In this document: positions 31,119-40,229 of the stretch, in pieces | Position numbering within the stretch: position 1 is the first letter of the stretch | How the letters are laid out: each line of letters starts with the position of its first letter | Virus record (IMG/VR): IMGVR_UViG_3300027805_000014 | Coordinates: 1-60,199 of that record | From: a virus | Taxonomy: Duplodnaviria > Caudoviricetes | Direction: 5' to 3' (one strand) | Length of the DNA: 60,199 nt | The notes under the pieces: generated by a model | Told to the model about the DNA's origin: nothing | Database searches by the model: none | What the model saw: the letters and a program-made list of their open reading frames with translations, nothing else | Made by a program: the position numbers and the translations under genes

Positions 31119-31418
31119 ATGTCCGGAAACGTAGTTAGGATTGGTGACAAGGTTTCATGCGGTGATAACTCCGCGCAGGGCTCCCAAAATGTTTTTGCTA
31201 ACGGTATGCCCATAACCCATCAGGGATTGAAACAGACCACTGGGCATGGATGTTTTCCACCCACCGTGTTTATAGGACCATGGTCAACCTCAGTTTTTGT
31301 AAACCATCAACCTGTGGCATTAAAAGACGTAACTAAAATTCAGGTTCATAAGTGCGGAAGAAGCTCCCATGATGGAACTGCCGTGACGGCGTCAGATGAT
31401 GTTTTTATAGAGAAGTAA
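31119..31418 (+). CDS. PAAR-family spike tip protein
   Basis: RIGDKVSCG..GSQNVFANG..GHGCFPP..SVFVN..HKC...H..SDDVFI. Confidence 0.85.
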   Translation: MSGNVVRIGDKVSCGDNSAQGSQNVFANGMPITHQGLKQTTGHGCFPPTVFIGPWSTSVFVNHQPVALKDVTKIQVHKCGRSSHDGTAVTASDDVFIEK

Positions 31419-31419
31419 G

Positions 31420-32295
31420 ATGCCCACAAGCAGTCTACCTTTAACCAGATACAGACCACCCGCTCGTCAGCAAGGCACGCCAACTATTAAAAGCTATTCG
31501 GCCACAAGGTCAAGATTGACAAAAGGTGGAACATTTTTCCGTTCAAAAAACGTCGGAATACATCAAAACAGGTTATCAGTTGAAGTTGTTGAATACTCTT
31601 CAACTGAAGCAGTTTGCGTAGTCGCTAACGATGCAGTTCAAAGCAGTGAAAATATCATTGGAACTGCAACTGCATCTCTACTTAGGGTAGATTTACCCTT
31701 TACTGAAAAAATAGAGATATACAATCTTCACACACCGCAGCCACGCGCGCGCAATTATAGCATTAGTGCACAAATAGGCGCGGCGCCACAGCAAATTGGC
31801 AGTGATGTAGCATTCTCTTTTTCGAAGCCACTGATCATTGCTGGGAAAGTAACTGCTATGCTTTTGCCAACTTCTACAAGTTTCACGCAGGTAGACAAGA
31901 TAATCATAAAGCCAAGATTTAGGCTCTATAGGTTAAAGCCCGTCTCAGCAGTAGATGCAGACACTGGTGCAACTATAAATGGATGGGACATAGAAGACTT
32001 ACGTCAGCAGGTTAATGCTGACGTAAGCTGTTGGGTAGAAATGCCACCACGTGGTTCAGCGTATGACGTTCACGATTCTGGAGTAGATGCCCCAGCGTTG
32101 ACGTCATTTGGTAAATCTTTTCTTAGCGGTGCCGATGGATTACCGGAACAACCCAATAATGAGATAACTGGACCAACACGATCTCTAATTCATCTAAACT
32201 ATGCTGAAGATGGCAAAGGACAGATGAGTGAGGTGAATGTGGTGTACCAGTGGGTAGGTGATAGTCAGTATCAAGGAAGTTGGGTTCCTTACTGA
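31420..32295 (+). CDS. Hypothetical (probably structural) protein
   Basis: 291-aa ORF closing the + strand block. Confidence 0.6.
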   Translation: MPTSSLPLTRYRPPARQQGTPTIKSYSATRSRLTKGGTFFRSKNVGIHQNRLSVEVVEYSSTEAVCVVANDAVQSSENIIGTATASLLRVDLPFTEKIEIYNLHTPQPRARNYSISAQIGAAPQQIGSDVAFSFSKPLIIAGKVTAMLLPTSTSFTQVDKIIIKPRFRLYRLKPVSAVDADTGATINGWDIEDLRQQVNADVSCWVEMPPRGSAYDVHDSGVDAPALTSFGKSFLSGADGLPEQPNNEITGPTRSLIHLNYAEDGKGQMSEVNVVYQWVGDSQYQGSWVPY

Positions 32296-32942
32296 CGCGC
32301 TTCTTCTTGTGCAAACCACTCTACGTATGTTCCGCCAAATAGTGACGGCTTATACGTCCATGGAGTTCCATCGGCTGTATTAAGCTTGAAACAAATCTTT
32401 ATCACTTCAAATGTTCCAACTAATATAGGTGAAACTGCTGTTATGAAGTGGGGTCCTCCAGGAAATAAAACCATTGTGCCTCTTTGAGGAACTAAGCTAA
32501 AGTCATACGCAGGAAATTCTAACTTTCCACCATATGTCTCAAATCTGGGGTCAAGTGGAACGCTATTGTTGTAGTCTTTTAACCAAAGATACCCAACTAT
32601 ATCAATGTCCTTAACCTTAACCCACTTTTTTCGTATAAATTTAGAATTTTCGCACCCGTGTTTTTCAGCTGGAACTTCTGGATTTTCAAAATACTGTTGA
32701 AAAAGCGGAGTTTCTAGCTGACCAATAGTGCCATTAAATCTCTCTTCAAGTAAGCTCCTATTAGCATCAACTGCTGAATGTATGAACCCCTTTAACTCAC
32801 TGTCAGCTACTAAGCGTTCATACTTTAGTGGCTTATTGTTTTCGTCAAGAGAAGGAACTTTGAGACCAAGCTCATTAATTATCAGGTCGCACTTAATGGC
32901 AGAAATTGCATTCTCTATGACAAAGAAAGGACTACGTATCAT
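32289..32942 (-). CDS. 2OG-Fe(II) oxygenase-fold protein, metal ligands atypical
   Basis: YLWLKD..YGGKLEFP..PQRGTMVLFP..AVSPILVG; HGCE instead of HxD. Confidence 0.6.
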   Translation of the reverse strand: MIRSPFFVIENAISAIKCDLIINELGLKVPSLDENNKPLKYERLVADSELKGFIHSAVDANRSLLEERFNGTIGQLETPLFQQYFENPEVPAEKHGCENSKFIRKKWVKVKDIDIVGYLWLKDYNNSVPLDPRFETYGGKLEFPAYDFSLVPQRGTMVLFPGGPHFITAVSPILVGTFEVIKICFKLNTADGTPWTYKPSLFGGTYVEWFAQEEARQ

Positions 32943-32948
32943 TTGATG

Positions 32949-33458
32949 TTAGAAAAACTTTGAAAGTTCTGGTCCAACTTCAAGATAAGTTTGGCCAAAT
33001 TTAGAACGATATACATCAGCTGCTGGCGCAAGAACTCGTCCACTTTCAGTAGTTAGGAAGAAACGATGTTTCTTTTCCCAGGTAGAGATAACGCTTTCAT
33101 TGATAGTGAAAGTTGTTTTTTCTCCACGATGCAGCTCTTTTACAAAAAGCCTTGTCTTTTTCCCTAAAAATGCAGGAACCATTTCACCATCAATTGAGCA
33201 GTTACCAAGACTTTCCATTTTGGTTGGCTCTTCTTCAGCTGGCTCTTCTTCAGCTGGCTCTTCTTCAGCTGGCTCTTCTTCAGCTGGCTCTTCTTCAGCT
33301 GGTTTTTCATCTTCGCCGCCAATCATACCAATAGCCATGTGCAGTAGGTTTTCAGCTGTTGCTTCAACGACTTCTACATCATGACCGGCATCCTTAAGAG
33401 CCTGTTCACCAGCAGAAACATCCTCACCACTAGGCGCAAAAATGACTATCTGCGCCAT
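32949..33458 (-). CDS. Acidic hypothetical protein with (PAEEE)n linker; possible head-core protein
   Basis: ORF with five PAEEE units, GGAG RBS. Confidence 0.65.
   Translation of the reverse strand: MAQIVIFAPSGEDVSAGEQALKDAGHDVEVVEATAENLLHMAIGMIGGEDEKPAEEEPAEEEPAEEEPAEEEPAEEEPTKMESLGNCSIDGEMVPAFLGKKTRLFVKELHRGEKTTFTINESVISTWEKKHRFFLTTESGRVLAPAADVYRSKFGQTYLEVGPELSKFF
33226..33300. repeat. Perfect 15-bp tandem repeat x5 (GGCTCTTCTTCAGCT)
   Basis: Read directly; encodes PAEEE on the - strand. Confidence 0.95.
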
Positions 33459-33461
33459 GAT

Positions 33462-33893
33462 TTACTCCAACCCTGCCAGAATTCTAAAACGCTTAGCTGT
33501 CGCAGCAGCCTCTGCCTTCTTCACTGCTTCGCTGTGCTCTACTACCGAGACAGGTGAGCTACACTCAGCGTCGCACGCAAGCTTAACTTTATCAACTGCA
33601 ATTCTTTTTACAACCTTGTATGTTTTGCTGGTGTCACCCTCACGGATGCCAACGTTAAACACAACGTCAAATGTGCACAGCTCACTATCTGAATCAAAGC
33701 AACCTGATGGTGCAATGCTATCAGCATAAATGTTGATGCACGATGGGTGCCTAGAATTATCAGGTGATCCAATTACCACAGATTGATCTACACCTGACTG
33801 AGTAGAATACCCACCATCTGATTCTACTGATGAAACAGGTTCAACAGAAACGATTGGTAGATTAATAGACATTTCATTTGTAGTTTGACGCAT
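33462..33893 (-). CDS. Hypothetical protein ending in RFRILAGLE
   Basis: ORF preceded by a late-promoter motif. Confidence 0.6.
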   Translation of the reverse strand: MRQTTNEMSINLPIVSVEPVSSVESDGGYSTQSGVDQSVVIGSPDNSRHPSCINIYADSIAPSGCFDSDSELCTFDVVFNVGIREGDTSKTYKVVKRIAVDKVKLACDAECSSPVSVVEHSEAVKKAEAAATAKRFRILAGLE

Positions 33894-33908
33894 ACAGGGC
33901 TCCGTTTT

Positions 33909-34586
33909 CTATACTACATTATTTATGGCGTCCTGCCAGAAGCGGTCTGCTCTTTTCTTAAGTTCAGGAATAAACTCAGAAAGCTGTACCTTAAATTCCT
34001 GTGGAAAGCCGGTCCCAGCGACCATGAGGATGACGCCTTCGGCAATATCAGTCCCAAACATCTCGTTGTGCGCCTGCGCGTAGAATGCAAGTTGCAACTT
34101 ATAGCTGTGAATGTCTTTGCTACTCTTAATTCTGCTGGAGGTCTTGAAGTCGATAATGACTGGTCTTTCCTTGTAGATTGCTATGAGGTCGCATCTACCT
34201 GCGAGCTCAAGAGAAGTTGAATAGAGCGCAACTTCCTGTCCCCACACCTCTTGAATCTTGCTAAGCTTTAACTTTAGCGCGTTGAAGCTCTGCATATCAG
34301 CATATGGAACTGGTTGACCATCTATATGGGAATCTATCTGTTCACCCTTGAGGAAGCGCTCGCACAACAGATGGACGTTTGTTCCACGATCTGTGGCAGC
34401 TTTGCTGACTTGCGCTGCCCTAACCGGCCCTAGGCTCTCCTGCCAATTTTTAAGGCTTTGTTTCTTCTCTTCAGGTTCTGTGTACCCGAGCACAGTTGTG
34501 ATAGATGGCATAAAGCCGGCTGGAGTATCATACCAGCGGCGCCCTTGGTGACTAACGGTTTGCAAGTCCGGGTAGGGAAACTTCAT
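33909..34586 (-). CDS. PD-(D/E)XK exonuclease
   Basis: SITTVL, RGTNVH, AGRCDLI, IIDFKTS, QLAFYA motifs. Confidence 0.85.
   Translation of the reverse strand: MKFPYPDLQTVSHQGRRWYDTPAGFMPSITTVLGYTEPEEKKQSLKNWQESLGPVRAAQVSKAATDRGTNVHLLCERFLKGEQIDSHIDGQPVPYADMQSFNALKLKLSKIQEVWGQEVALYSTSLELAGRCDLIAIYKERPVIIDFKTSSRIKSSKDIHSYKLQLAFYAQAHNEMFGTDIAEGVILMVAGTGFPQEFKVQLSEFIPELKKRADRFWQDAINNVV
33920..33927 (-). promoter_or_regulatory. Putative late promoter CATAAATA
   Basis: TATTTATG on +, about 27 bp upstream of 33893. Confidence 0.6.
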
Positions 34587-35296
34587 CGGCGCTTGTTCAT
34601 GCGAGCTAGACGTTTTGAGAGCGGCTTCATTCGGGTGCGCTTCGCTTTCAGTATGCGTACGATTTTCTTTTTACGTGCAGCAATCTTAAGCTTCATGCGG
34701 GTTCGGGCTGGAGCTCTTGGCTTAAAGGCATTCTTGATATTAGCAACAACCCTGCCTTTTCGGAAACCAGATGTTACCCTAAAGCCACGCTTTATCTTCT
34801 TACCTGCTCTACGAAATGCTCGCTTGACGCCCTCCTTTAGCTGTTCATCATCAATCTCATCGTCTTGTTTGATTGTATCATCAGCTTCGGCGTCTTCGTC
34901 CTCTTCTTCAGGACCAGGTTCTTCAATCTGATTTTTGCCAGATGCATCATGCTCCTCAATCCCAATCTCCTTAAGTGTTTTGAGATCAAGCATGACGCCT
35001 TGTGGATATGCCTTATCGCCTTCACGGCTTAGAACGATGCCTTTATCTAGAACCTCAACAAAAACTGGATTACCTGCATGATCTTTGACCTCACCACTTT
35101 CGCCATCTTCAGCAAGGTCAAAGAGGGCGTTAAGTTGATCAAGGTCTAGCTTCATTGAGAAGCCATCGCATGATAGAAGAATGCCGTGATTGGCTAGGTG
35201 ACCGATATTCCAGCCACCTTCAGGCGTCACAGGACCAGTAGAGGTGGTGTCCTCTACTGGCTGTTCTTCAGCGGTGACTTCTCTAAGAAGCTTCAC
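34583..35296 (-). CDS. Putative prohead-core/internal protein: MKLLRE leader, acidic N-part, highly basic C-part
   Basis: Acidic stretch, then LKE-GVKRAFRRAGKKIKRGFRVTSGFRKGRVVA..RMNKRR. Confidence 0.55.
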   Translation of the reverse strand: MKLLREVTAEEQPVEDTTSTGPVTPEGGWNIGHLANHGILLSCDGFSMKLDLDQLNALFDLAEDGESGEVKDHAGNPVFVEVLDKGIVLSREGDKAYPQGVMLDLKTLKEIGIEEHDASGKNQIEEPGPEEEDEDAEADDTIKQDDEIDDEQLKEGVKRAFRRAGKKIKRGFRVTSGFRKGRVVANIKNAFKPRAPARTRMKLKIAARKKKIVRILKAKRTRMKPLSKRLARMNKRR

Positions 35297-36120
35297 TGTA
35301 TGCTTTTCCCTGTCTTTTCAAGTCGATCTGCTAACTTGTTCATCATATTGAGTGTCACGCTTCCCTCGCCGGCAACAGCTCTATCTCCGCGCTGAACCAT
35401 TGCCATCTTTGTCTTCATGGATGACATCAACTGATTTGGATTGACGCCCAGTGCAGTCAAAAGCCGTTCCGCTGCCTGTTCATATGGGCTAACTCCCGGG
35501 GTAAAAGTAGTTTGTGTCTCAAATGCTTCCTGCACCTTAACAGTCTGACCAACACTCATCAGATCAACGCCAAGTTCCGATGCTAGCATTGCAAACTTTG
35601 AACGCGCGGCACCCGAGCGAAGAATATCAGCAGTTTCCATCATGGCTGCCTGATCACGACGCATCGCACGTTGTAGGACACCAGCAGGAAGCTTAAGTGC
35701 CGCCAAAACTGCTTCCATCTGCTTTACAATTGTTCCGCCAATCAGCTGAAGGTTCTTCTCGGGAGTCATAGAAGCATTTGCCTCCATAACTTCTTCTTCC
35801 TTACGAGCAAATCCCTTTGCAGTCGCAAGTGCTGAGAATAATCTTTGCGCTGCAAGACGCAGTGGGCGGTTTGTACGCATCTCATCTGCAACTGTCATAG
35901 CTGCTTCTTTAACGGCTTTTGGGCGCATCTCCAGAGTTTCAACTGAAACACCCATCAGGTGATACAGCTGAACGACCTGACGAGCCATAGGCATTGGCAG
36001 ATTAGCAACTACTGGGCTACTTGATGGAAGAGTATGGATATCAAAGTCATCCTTGAAACCATCAACATCCTTCTTAGCTTCATTTAGAACTCTGTTTAGA
36101 AATTTTTGTCCCACTGTCAT
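35293..36120 (-). CDS. Hypothetical helical protein, putative head-internal (start at MTVGQKFLNRVLNE)
   Basis: AAGGAG RBS before ATG 36120; three loosely repeated helical units separated by V/LxEA. Confidence 0.6.
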   Translation of the reverse strand: MTVGQKFLNRVLNEAKKDVDGFKDDFDIHTLPSSSPVVANLPMPMARQVVQLYHLMGVSVETLEMRPKAVKEAAMTVADEMRTNRPLRLAAQRLFSALATAKGFARKEEEVMEANASMTPEKNLQLIGGTIVKQMEAVLAALKLPAGVLQRAMRRDQAAMMETADILRSGAARSKFAMLASELGVDLMSVGQTVKVQEAFETQTTFTPGVSPYEQAAERLLTALGVNPNQLMSSMKTKMAMVQRGDRAVAGEGSVTLNMMNKLADRLEKTGKSIQ

Positions 36121-36131
36121 TTTTGATCTCC

Positions 36132-37490
36132 TTAGTTTATCTTTTGCCACATACGAATATATGTATTGGCTCCTGTGGTGTCAGCAAGATAACGTGTACC
36201 ATCGTCAAACACCAGTATGAACATATCTTCTGGTGGCATGTGTTTTACATTAACCAAAGGATGTGGTGGTTTAATTGAGTACCCGTAGATCTGTTCACCT
36301 GAATACACCTTGAGTTTCCCTACTGTATTTTGCAGTTTTCTTAGGGAAACGTCATTTAGATTGTCTTTTGCTGCATAACCACTGCCCTCAAAATCAGACC
36401 AATACGATGGTTTTTCAGCAAGCTTAACTCCCACTTCATCGGCTGCAGCCAGTTCACGAGAACCAAAAGCTTTAAGTAGACTTACCGGCTTCATGACAGC
36501 AGAAGCCTTTCCACCGTTGTAGACTTTTACAAGTTCACGAGCGAGTTTCTCATCAGAAGTAGTTGATACTACATGCCGCTTGTTACCCTTGAAGCCATAG
36601 ATGATACGACCATCTGCTTCAAATCTATCATATCCCTTTGGAACCTCAATATCTGGGTTTTCTACGCCCCTACCTTTACTGAAGTCAGCTTTGACGACTT
36701 GACCTTCAGCTACCTTGTTTTTACCAGCAAGGCCCCCACCAATCTGCTTAAGTAAGCTGTGCTTGTCACTCTTCTTGCCACTCTTCTTGTCACTTAGTTC
36801 TTGTTCTTCTTCACCTTCAGGTTCTTCTTCACCTTCAGGTTCTTCTTCACCTTCAGGTTCTTCTTCACCTTCAGGTTCAGGTTCTTCTTCACCTTCAGGT
36901 TCTTCTTCACCTTCAGGTTCAGGTTCTTCTTCACCTTCAGGTTCAGGTTCTTCTTCGTCTTCTACTGGGGTGGCGTCGCTTCGTTCCTCATCATCTACTG
37001 ATGCGATGGTTTCCATGTCATCATCGTCATCCAGATTGCCAATGTCTGAGGCATCATCTAGGTTGACAACATCCTCTGGTTCTGCTTCTTCACCACTAGG
37101 CGCGCCTTGTGGCCAAATGACGTCAACGATATCAAACTTGGCAGCAAGGTTGTTGATAGCTTCCTCTATGTCATCTTCCATACCAAGCATTTTCTTCATT
37201 TCAGCCTCAAAGGCATCTGCTTGGGCAGCATTGACGTAGACCTTAACTACCTCGCCGTCACTTGTCTCAAGGCCGTATAGAACTGTTTCTACTTCATCAT
37301 TAAGCTCATGCGCTTTTTCTAGATAGTTAGCAACATCAGAACCTCTAATCTTTCCGTCACTGTTGATGGTGTTTCTCATCAGATCAAACTTGACCTCAGC
37401 ACCTTTTCCTTTCATGTCAGATGTACCAGCATCTGAACCATCCGCTGTTGAAAGATCTTGCTGATTAACTATTTCAGATAGAAGCTTCAT
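36132..37490 (-). CDS. Putative head-internal protein, MKLLSE leader, long EPEGEE acidic repeat
   Basis: 452-aa ORF with an acidic low-complexity centre. Confidence 0.65.
   Translation of the reverse strand: MKLLSEIVNQQDLSTADGSDAGTSDMKGKGAEVKFDLMRNTINSDGKIRGSDVANYLEKAHELNDEVETVLYGLETSDGEVVKVYVNAAQADAFEAEMKKMLGMEDDIEEAINNLAAKFDIVDVIWPQGAPSGEEAEPEDVVNLDDASDIGNLDDDDDMETIASVDDEERSDATPVEDEEEPEPEGEEEPEPEGEEEPEGEEEPEPEGEEEPEGEEEPEGEEEPEGEEEQELSDKKSGKKSDKHSLLKQIGGGLAGKNKVAEGQVVKADFSKGRGVENPDIEVPKGYDRFEADGRIIYGFKGNKRHVVSTTSDEKLARELVKVYNGGKASAVMKPVSLLKAFGSRELAAADEVGVKLAEKPSYWSDFEGSGYAAKDNLNDVSLRKLQNTVGKLKVYSGEQIYGYSIKPPHPLVNVKHMPPEDMFILVFDDGTRYLADTTGANTYIRMWQKIN
36803..36955. repeat. Mixed 18/24-bp tandem repeat encoding (PE)1-2GEEE
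   Basis: TTCTTCTTCACCTTCAGG units, some with an extra TTCAGG. Confidence 0.9.
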
Positions 37491-39843
37491 TATCTTTTGT
37501 CCTATTTGGATTTTTAAACTTTGGCTGCTTCCAATCGCGCCTCTTAATCTTGAAAGTTAGTTTCTTTTCAAGTGGGGCAATTGCTGAGGCAGTCGTTGCG
37601 GTTGAAACTGTTCCAGAAGTTGCAGAAGTTGCAGAAGTTGCGGTAGTTCCAGAAGTTGCGGTAGTTCCAGAAGTAGAGGCAGATGCGGTAGCTTCACCGC
37701 CACCATCTTGTTCCGAAATCCATTTAATCAGTTTCATTTCTGACACCATTTGATAGTTTTGGCCGCTAGCATTTAAAAGCAGTTCATTTTGGATTGCCTT
37801 AATACGGACTAGCAGTGGCGAAGTAGGAATGAACTGCATGATGAACAGATACAGCTTTGAGAAAAACTTTACTTTTTCATCAAATGAAAGCTGCTCATAC
37901 CTAAATGCGCTGTCAAGGAGAGACGTGACCCTATCCATGTTTAAGCCTGGATATTGCTGAAGAACCGACAACGTTGTTCTGTGTTCTTCCCAGTCAATCG
38001 GTGTATCTCTGCCAAAGCTAAGGTCCATGTGCAGAAATCTCCACCAGTTAGCAGGAACTTTGCGGGTAAACTTAAAGATGTCCTTTGCAACCTTCTTACC
38101 GATTATCTTTTGGACTGCTGGAGTCCCAACTCTCCAAATTACGTATCCCCAGAAGTTTAATGGGGACATCTCTTTTGCCCACTTAGTTAGTCTACAGTAC
38201 GACTTATCCTTCAGCAGACGAATGCCATGCTTATCATCGCTTTTATAGATCACGGTTGACATGATGACGGTCGCAAAGTAGATGTTCAGAAGTGTCCAAC
38301 CGTCTTTGTTTTGATAATGTGATTTATCAGTGAGGAAAAGTTTTTCTGACAGTAAAGCTTCACTTAACTGCTCTTCTTCTGTTTCATGAACAGCCTTTGC
38401 TATTTTTCCATAAAGAACAACAGCAAGTTGTACAAGTGACTTTGCCGCCTTCACCTTTTGACCAAGTTCATCTAGATCCCGCTTGCTCTCCGCAAAGGTA
38501 GTTAGCGTCCTGCGAATGACCTCTGGTGAAAGCCCCATTGACTTACCGCTCTTAAGCTTAAGCTGGAAGTTATCCTTGTTAGCCTTGAAGTCCTTTAGAC
38601 TTGTTGCGAGCTTTTGTTTCGCGGTTTCAATCAAGGCAATAATCTTGCGCTGCGTTGCTCTAAAGTCATTCCCGCCTGTCAGCTCATTTGCCACATTTTT
38701 TATGGTTTCTTCTGGTGTTTTACCCTTGACGGTTAGAAATATCTTCTTCGCGCCTTGAGTTCTGGCAAGCTCTTTATTTCCAAGAAGATCTGCTATCATT
38801 ATCTTCAGCTCACCAATAAGTCCTCCCCTGCTTTCAAGAGGAGCTGACATGTCCGTCGTCCGTATCATAGAATTAATTGAGTTACGAACAGCGTGGTTGA
38901 ACTGGTTGATGGTGGTAAACAGGTCCTTGTCGACTATCTTAACCTGTTCCTCAGAACCGGGAGTACGAAGAACAACACCCTCTATGCCAATGTTCTCATC
39001 AGGAGTAAGATCATTTGCGGCTAAAGGCGATTTTGTCTGGTGAACGAACTTTGCAAGCAGTTCATTTTTGATAGGAAGCTTAAAATCAGTTAGAACCTTA
39101 GCTTGCAGTTTAGCTTTTAGTTCTTTTGCAGCAGGCCGGATGCTCTTGTCAAATGATCCTAGAGAGCTAGTTAACACATCAAAGTTAGTAAGCTTAGATC
39201 CTTCTAAATCTGCTTTCTGTTTTAGGAACTTATCAAGAGCAGCGAGCTGCTTAGAAACATTAACCTGATGAAGGGCGCCAGCATCAATTTTCTGCGCTGA
39301 TACAAACTGGAAGGTAAAATCTCTAGGCTCAACAATTAGATTTTCGCCGTCAACAGTATCTACAACCTTTGTTGAAACCTTAACTGTCTGATTGGACAAA
39401 CGCTGTGCAAGTTGATCAACCAGAATGTCTTCAGTTCCCTCAACACCTCTTATAAACGCAATGTAGTTTTTCCCACCAGCACCATACACTACGGCGTTTG
39501 GCTGCCGGCCAAACAGCACCTCAATTTCTATGGTATCTCCAGGTCTGATGATTGATTTTATTTCTGTCTCTTTAGCCTTAAGAGCCGCGAATGAAGCTCT
39601 GAACCCATTGTTAGCCGCAAAATATGGGTAGTCATCGACGCTGTAGATATTTTCAGCGTTCTTTCGCTTACCGGCTCTGCTGGTAAAAAGCTTACCATCT
39701 GCGTCAAGACCAAACCAGAGATTTGATCCGTCCAGTTTTTCTGTTGCCTGCATTTTTGTGATATTTGAGACAGCAGCAATAAACTGTTGGAGGTCAAGGT
39801 CCTCCAAATGCGATATTCCTTCAGTGATAAGATGTCTGTTCAT
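37474..39843 (-). CDS. Large protein with ligase/nucleotidyltransferase-like N-domain (DUF6267-like)
   Basis: SHLEDL, TEKLDGSN (motif I KxDG), IEIEVLF, IEGVVLR (motif IV), VKIVDK (motif V). Confidence 0.6.
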   Translation of the reverse strand: MNRHLITEGISHLEDLDLQQFIAAVSNITKMQATEKLDGSNLWFGLDADGKLFTSRAGKRKNAENIYSVDDYPYFAANNGFRASFAALKAKETEIKSIIRPGDTIEIEVLFGRQPNAVVYGAGGKNYIAFIRGVEGTEDILVDQLAQRLSNQTVKVSTKVVDTVDGENLIVEPRDFTFQFVSAQKIDAGALHQVNVSKQLAALDKFLKQKADLEGSKLTNFDVLTSSLGSFDKSIRPAAKELKAKLQAKVLTDFKLPIKNELLAKFVHQTKSPLAANDLTPDENIGIEGVVLRTPGSEEQVKIVDKDLFTTINQFNHAVRNSINSMIRTTDMSAPLESRGGLIGELKIMIADLLGNKELARTQGAKKIFLTVKGKTPEETIKNVANELTGGNDFRATQRKIIALIETAKQKLATSLKDFKANKDNFQLKLKSGKSMGLSPEVIRRTLTTFAESKRDLDELGQKVKAAKSLVQLAVVLYGKIAKAVHETEEEQLSEALLSEKLFLTDKSHYQNKDGWTLLNIYFATVIMSTVIYKSDDKHGIRLLKDKSYCRLTKWAKEMSPLNFWGYVIWRVGTPAVQKIIGKKVAKDIFKFTRKVPANWWRFLHMDLSFGRDTPIDWEEHRTTLSVLQQYPGLNMDRVTSLLDSAFRYEQLSFDEKVKFFSKLYLFIMQFIPTSPLLVRIKAIQNELLLNASGQNYQMVSEMKLIKWISEQDGGGEATASASTSGTTATSGTTATSATSATSGTVSTATTASAIAPLEKKLTFKIKRRDWKQPKFKNPNRTKDNEASI

Positions 39844-39847
39844 GTTT

Positions 39848-39855
39848 TATTTATG
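39848..39855 (-). promoter_or_regulatory. Putative late promoter CATAAATA
   Basis: TATTTATG only 4 nt upstream of ATG 39843, so the transcript would be nearly leaderless. Confidence 0.55.
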
Positions 39856-39857
39856 AC

Positions 39858-39887
39858 AAAGGGCAGCGGATTACTCCCTGCCCTTTT
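39858..39887. terminator. Hairpin terminator after 39908..40162, possibly bidirectional
   Basis: AAAGGGCAG-cggattactcc-CTGCCCTTTT. Confidence 0.65.
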
Positions 39888-39907
39888 CACTGTTTAGAGC
39901 GCTAGCT

Positions 39908-40162
39908 TTACTCGGCTACAGCATCTTCCCCGCTGGCAGCTTCAGCCTTGGCGCGCTTCTCTTCGAGCTCCTTGCGAACTGCGGCAACAATTTGACCACT
40001 AAGCCCCTGCATAGCAGCTTGAGTCTTCATCACGGCCAGCTGCTCAACTTGAAGTTGGGCATTGAAGGTGTTGTAGATACCTACCGCGCTTTGAACTCCT
40101 TCGCTGAATTGAGCGACGTCGTAGCTGATGCCGTCAAGAGTGATGGTACGTGGTTCTGACAT
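39908..40162 (-). CDS. Small coiled-coil hypothetical protein
   Basis: AGGAG RBS, own promoter motif and terminator. Confidence 0.7.
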   Translation of the reverse strand: MSEPRTITLDGISYDVAQFSEGVQSAVGIYNTFNAQLQVEQLAVMKTQAAMQGLSGQIVAAVRKELEEKRAKAEAASGEDAVAE

Positions 40163-40198
40163 ATATTTCTCCTGTTATGAAGTGGTTGATACTAAGTG

Positions 40199-40206
40199 TA
40201 TTTATA
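40199..40206 (-). promoter_or_regulatory. T4-consensus late promoter TATAAATA
   Basis: TATTTATA on +, upstream of 40162. Confidence 0.65.
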
Positions 40207-40229
40207 CTGCGAAAAATTCGTGTTTTCAG

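Noticed and set aside
33909-34586. Cas4 as part of a CRISPR system
   Set aside because: Lacks the four-Cys Fe-S pattern and any CRISPR context; generic phage PD-(D/E)XK nuclease
36715-37239. Ser/Pro/Gly-rich and Phe/Arg-rich + strand ORFs
   Set aside because: Mirror frames of the EPEGEE repeat in the - strand gene
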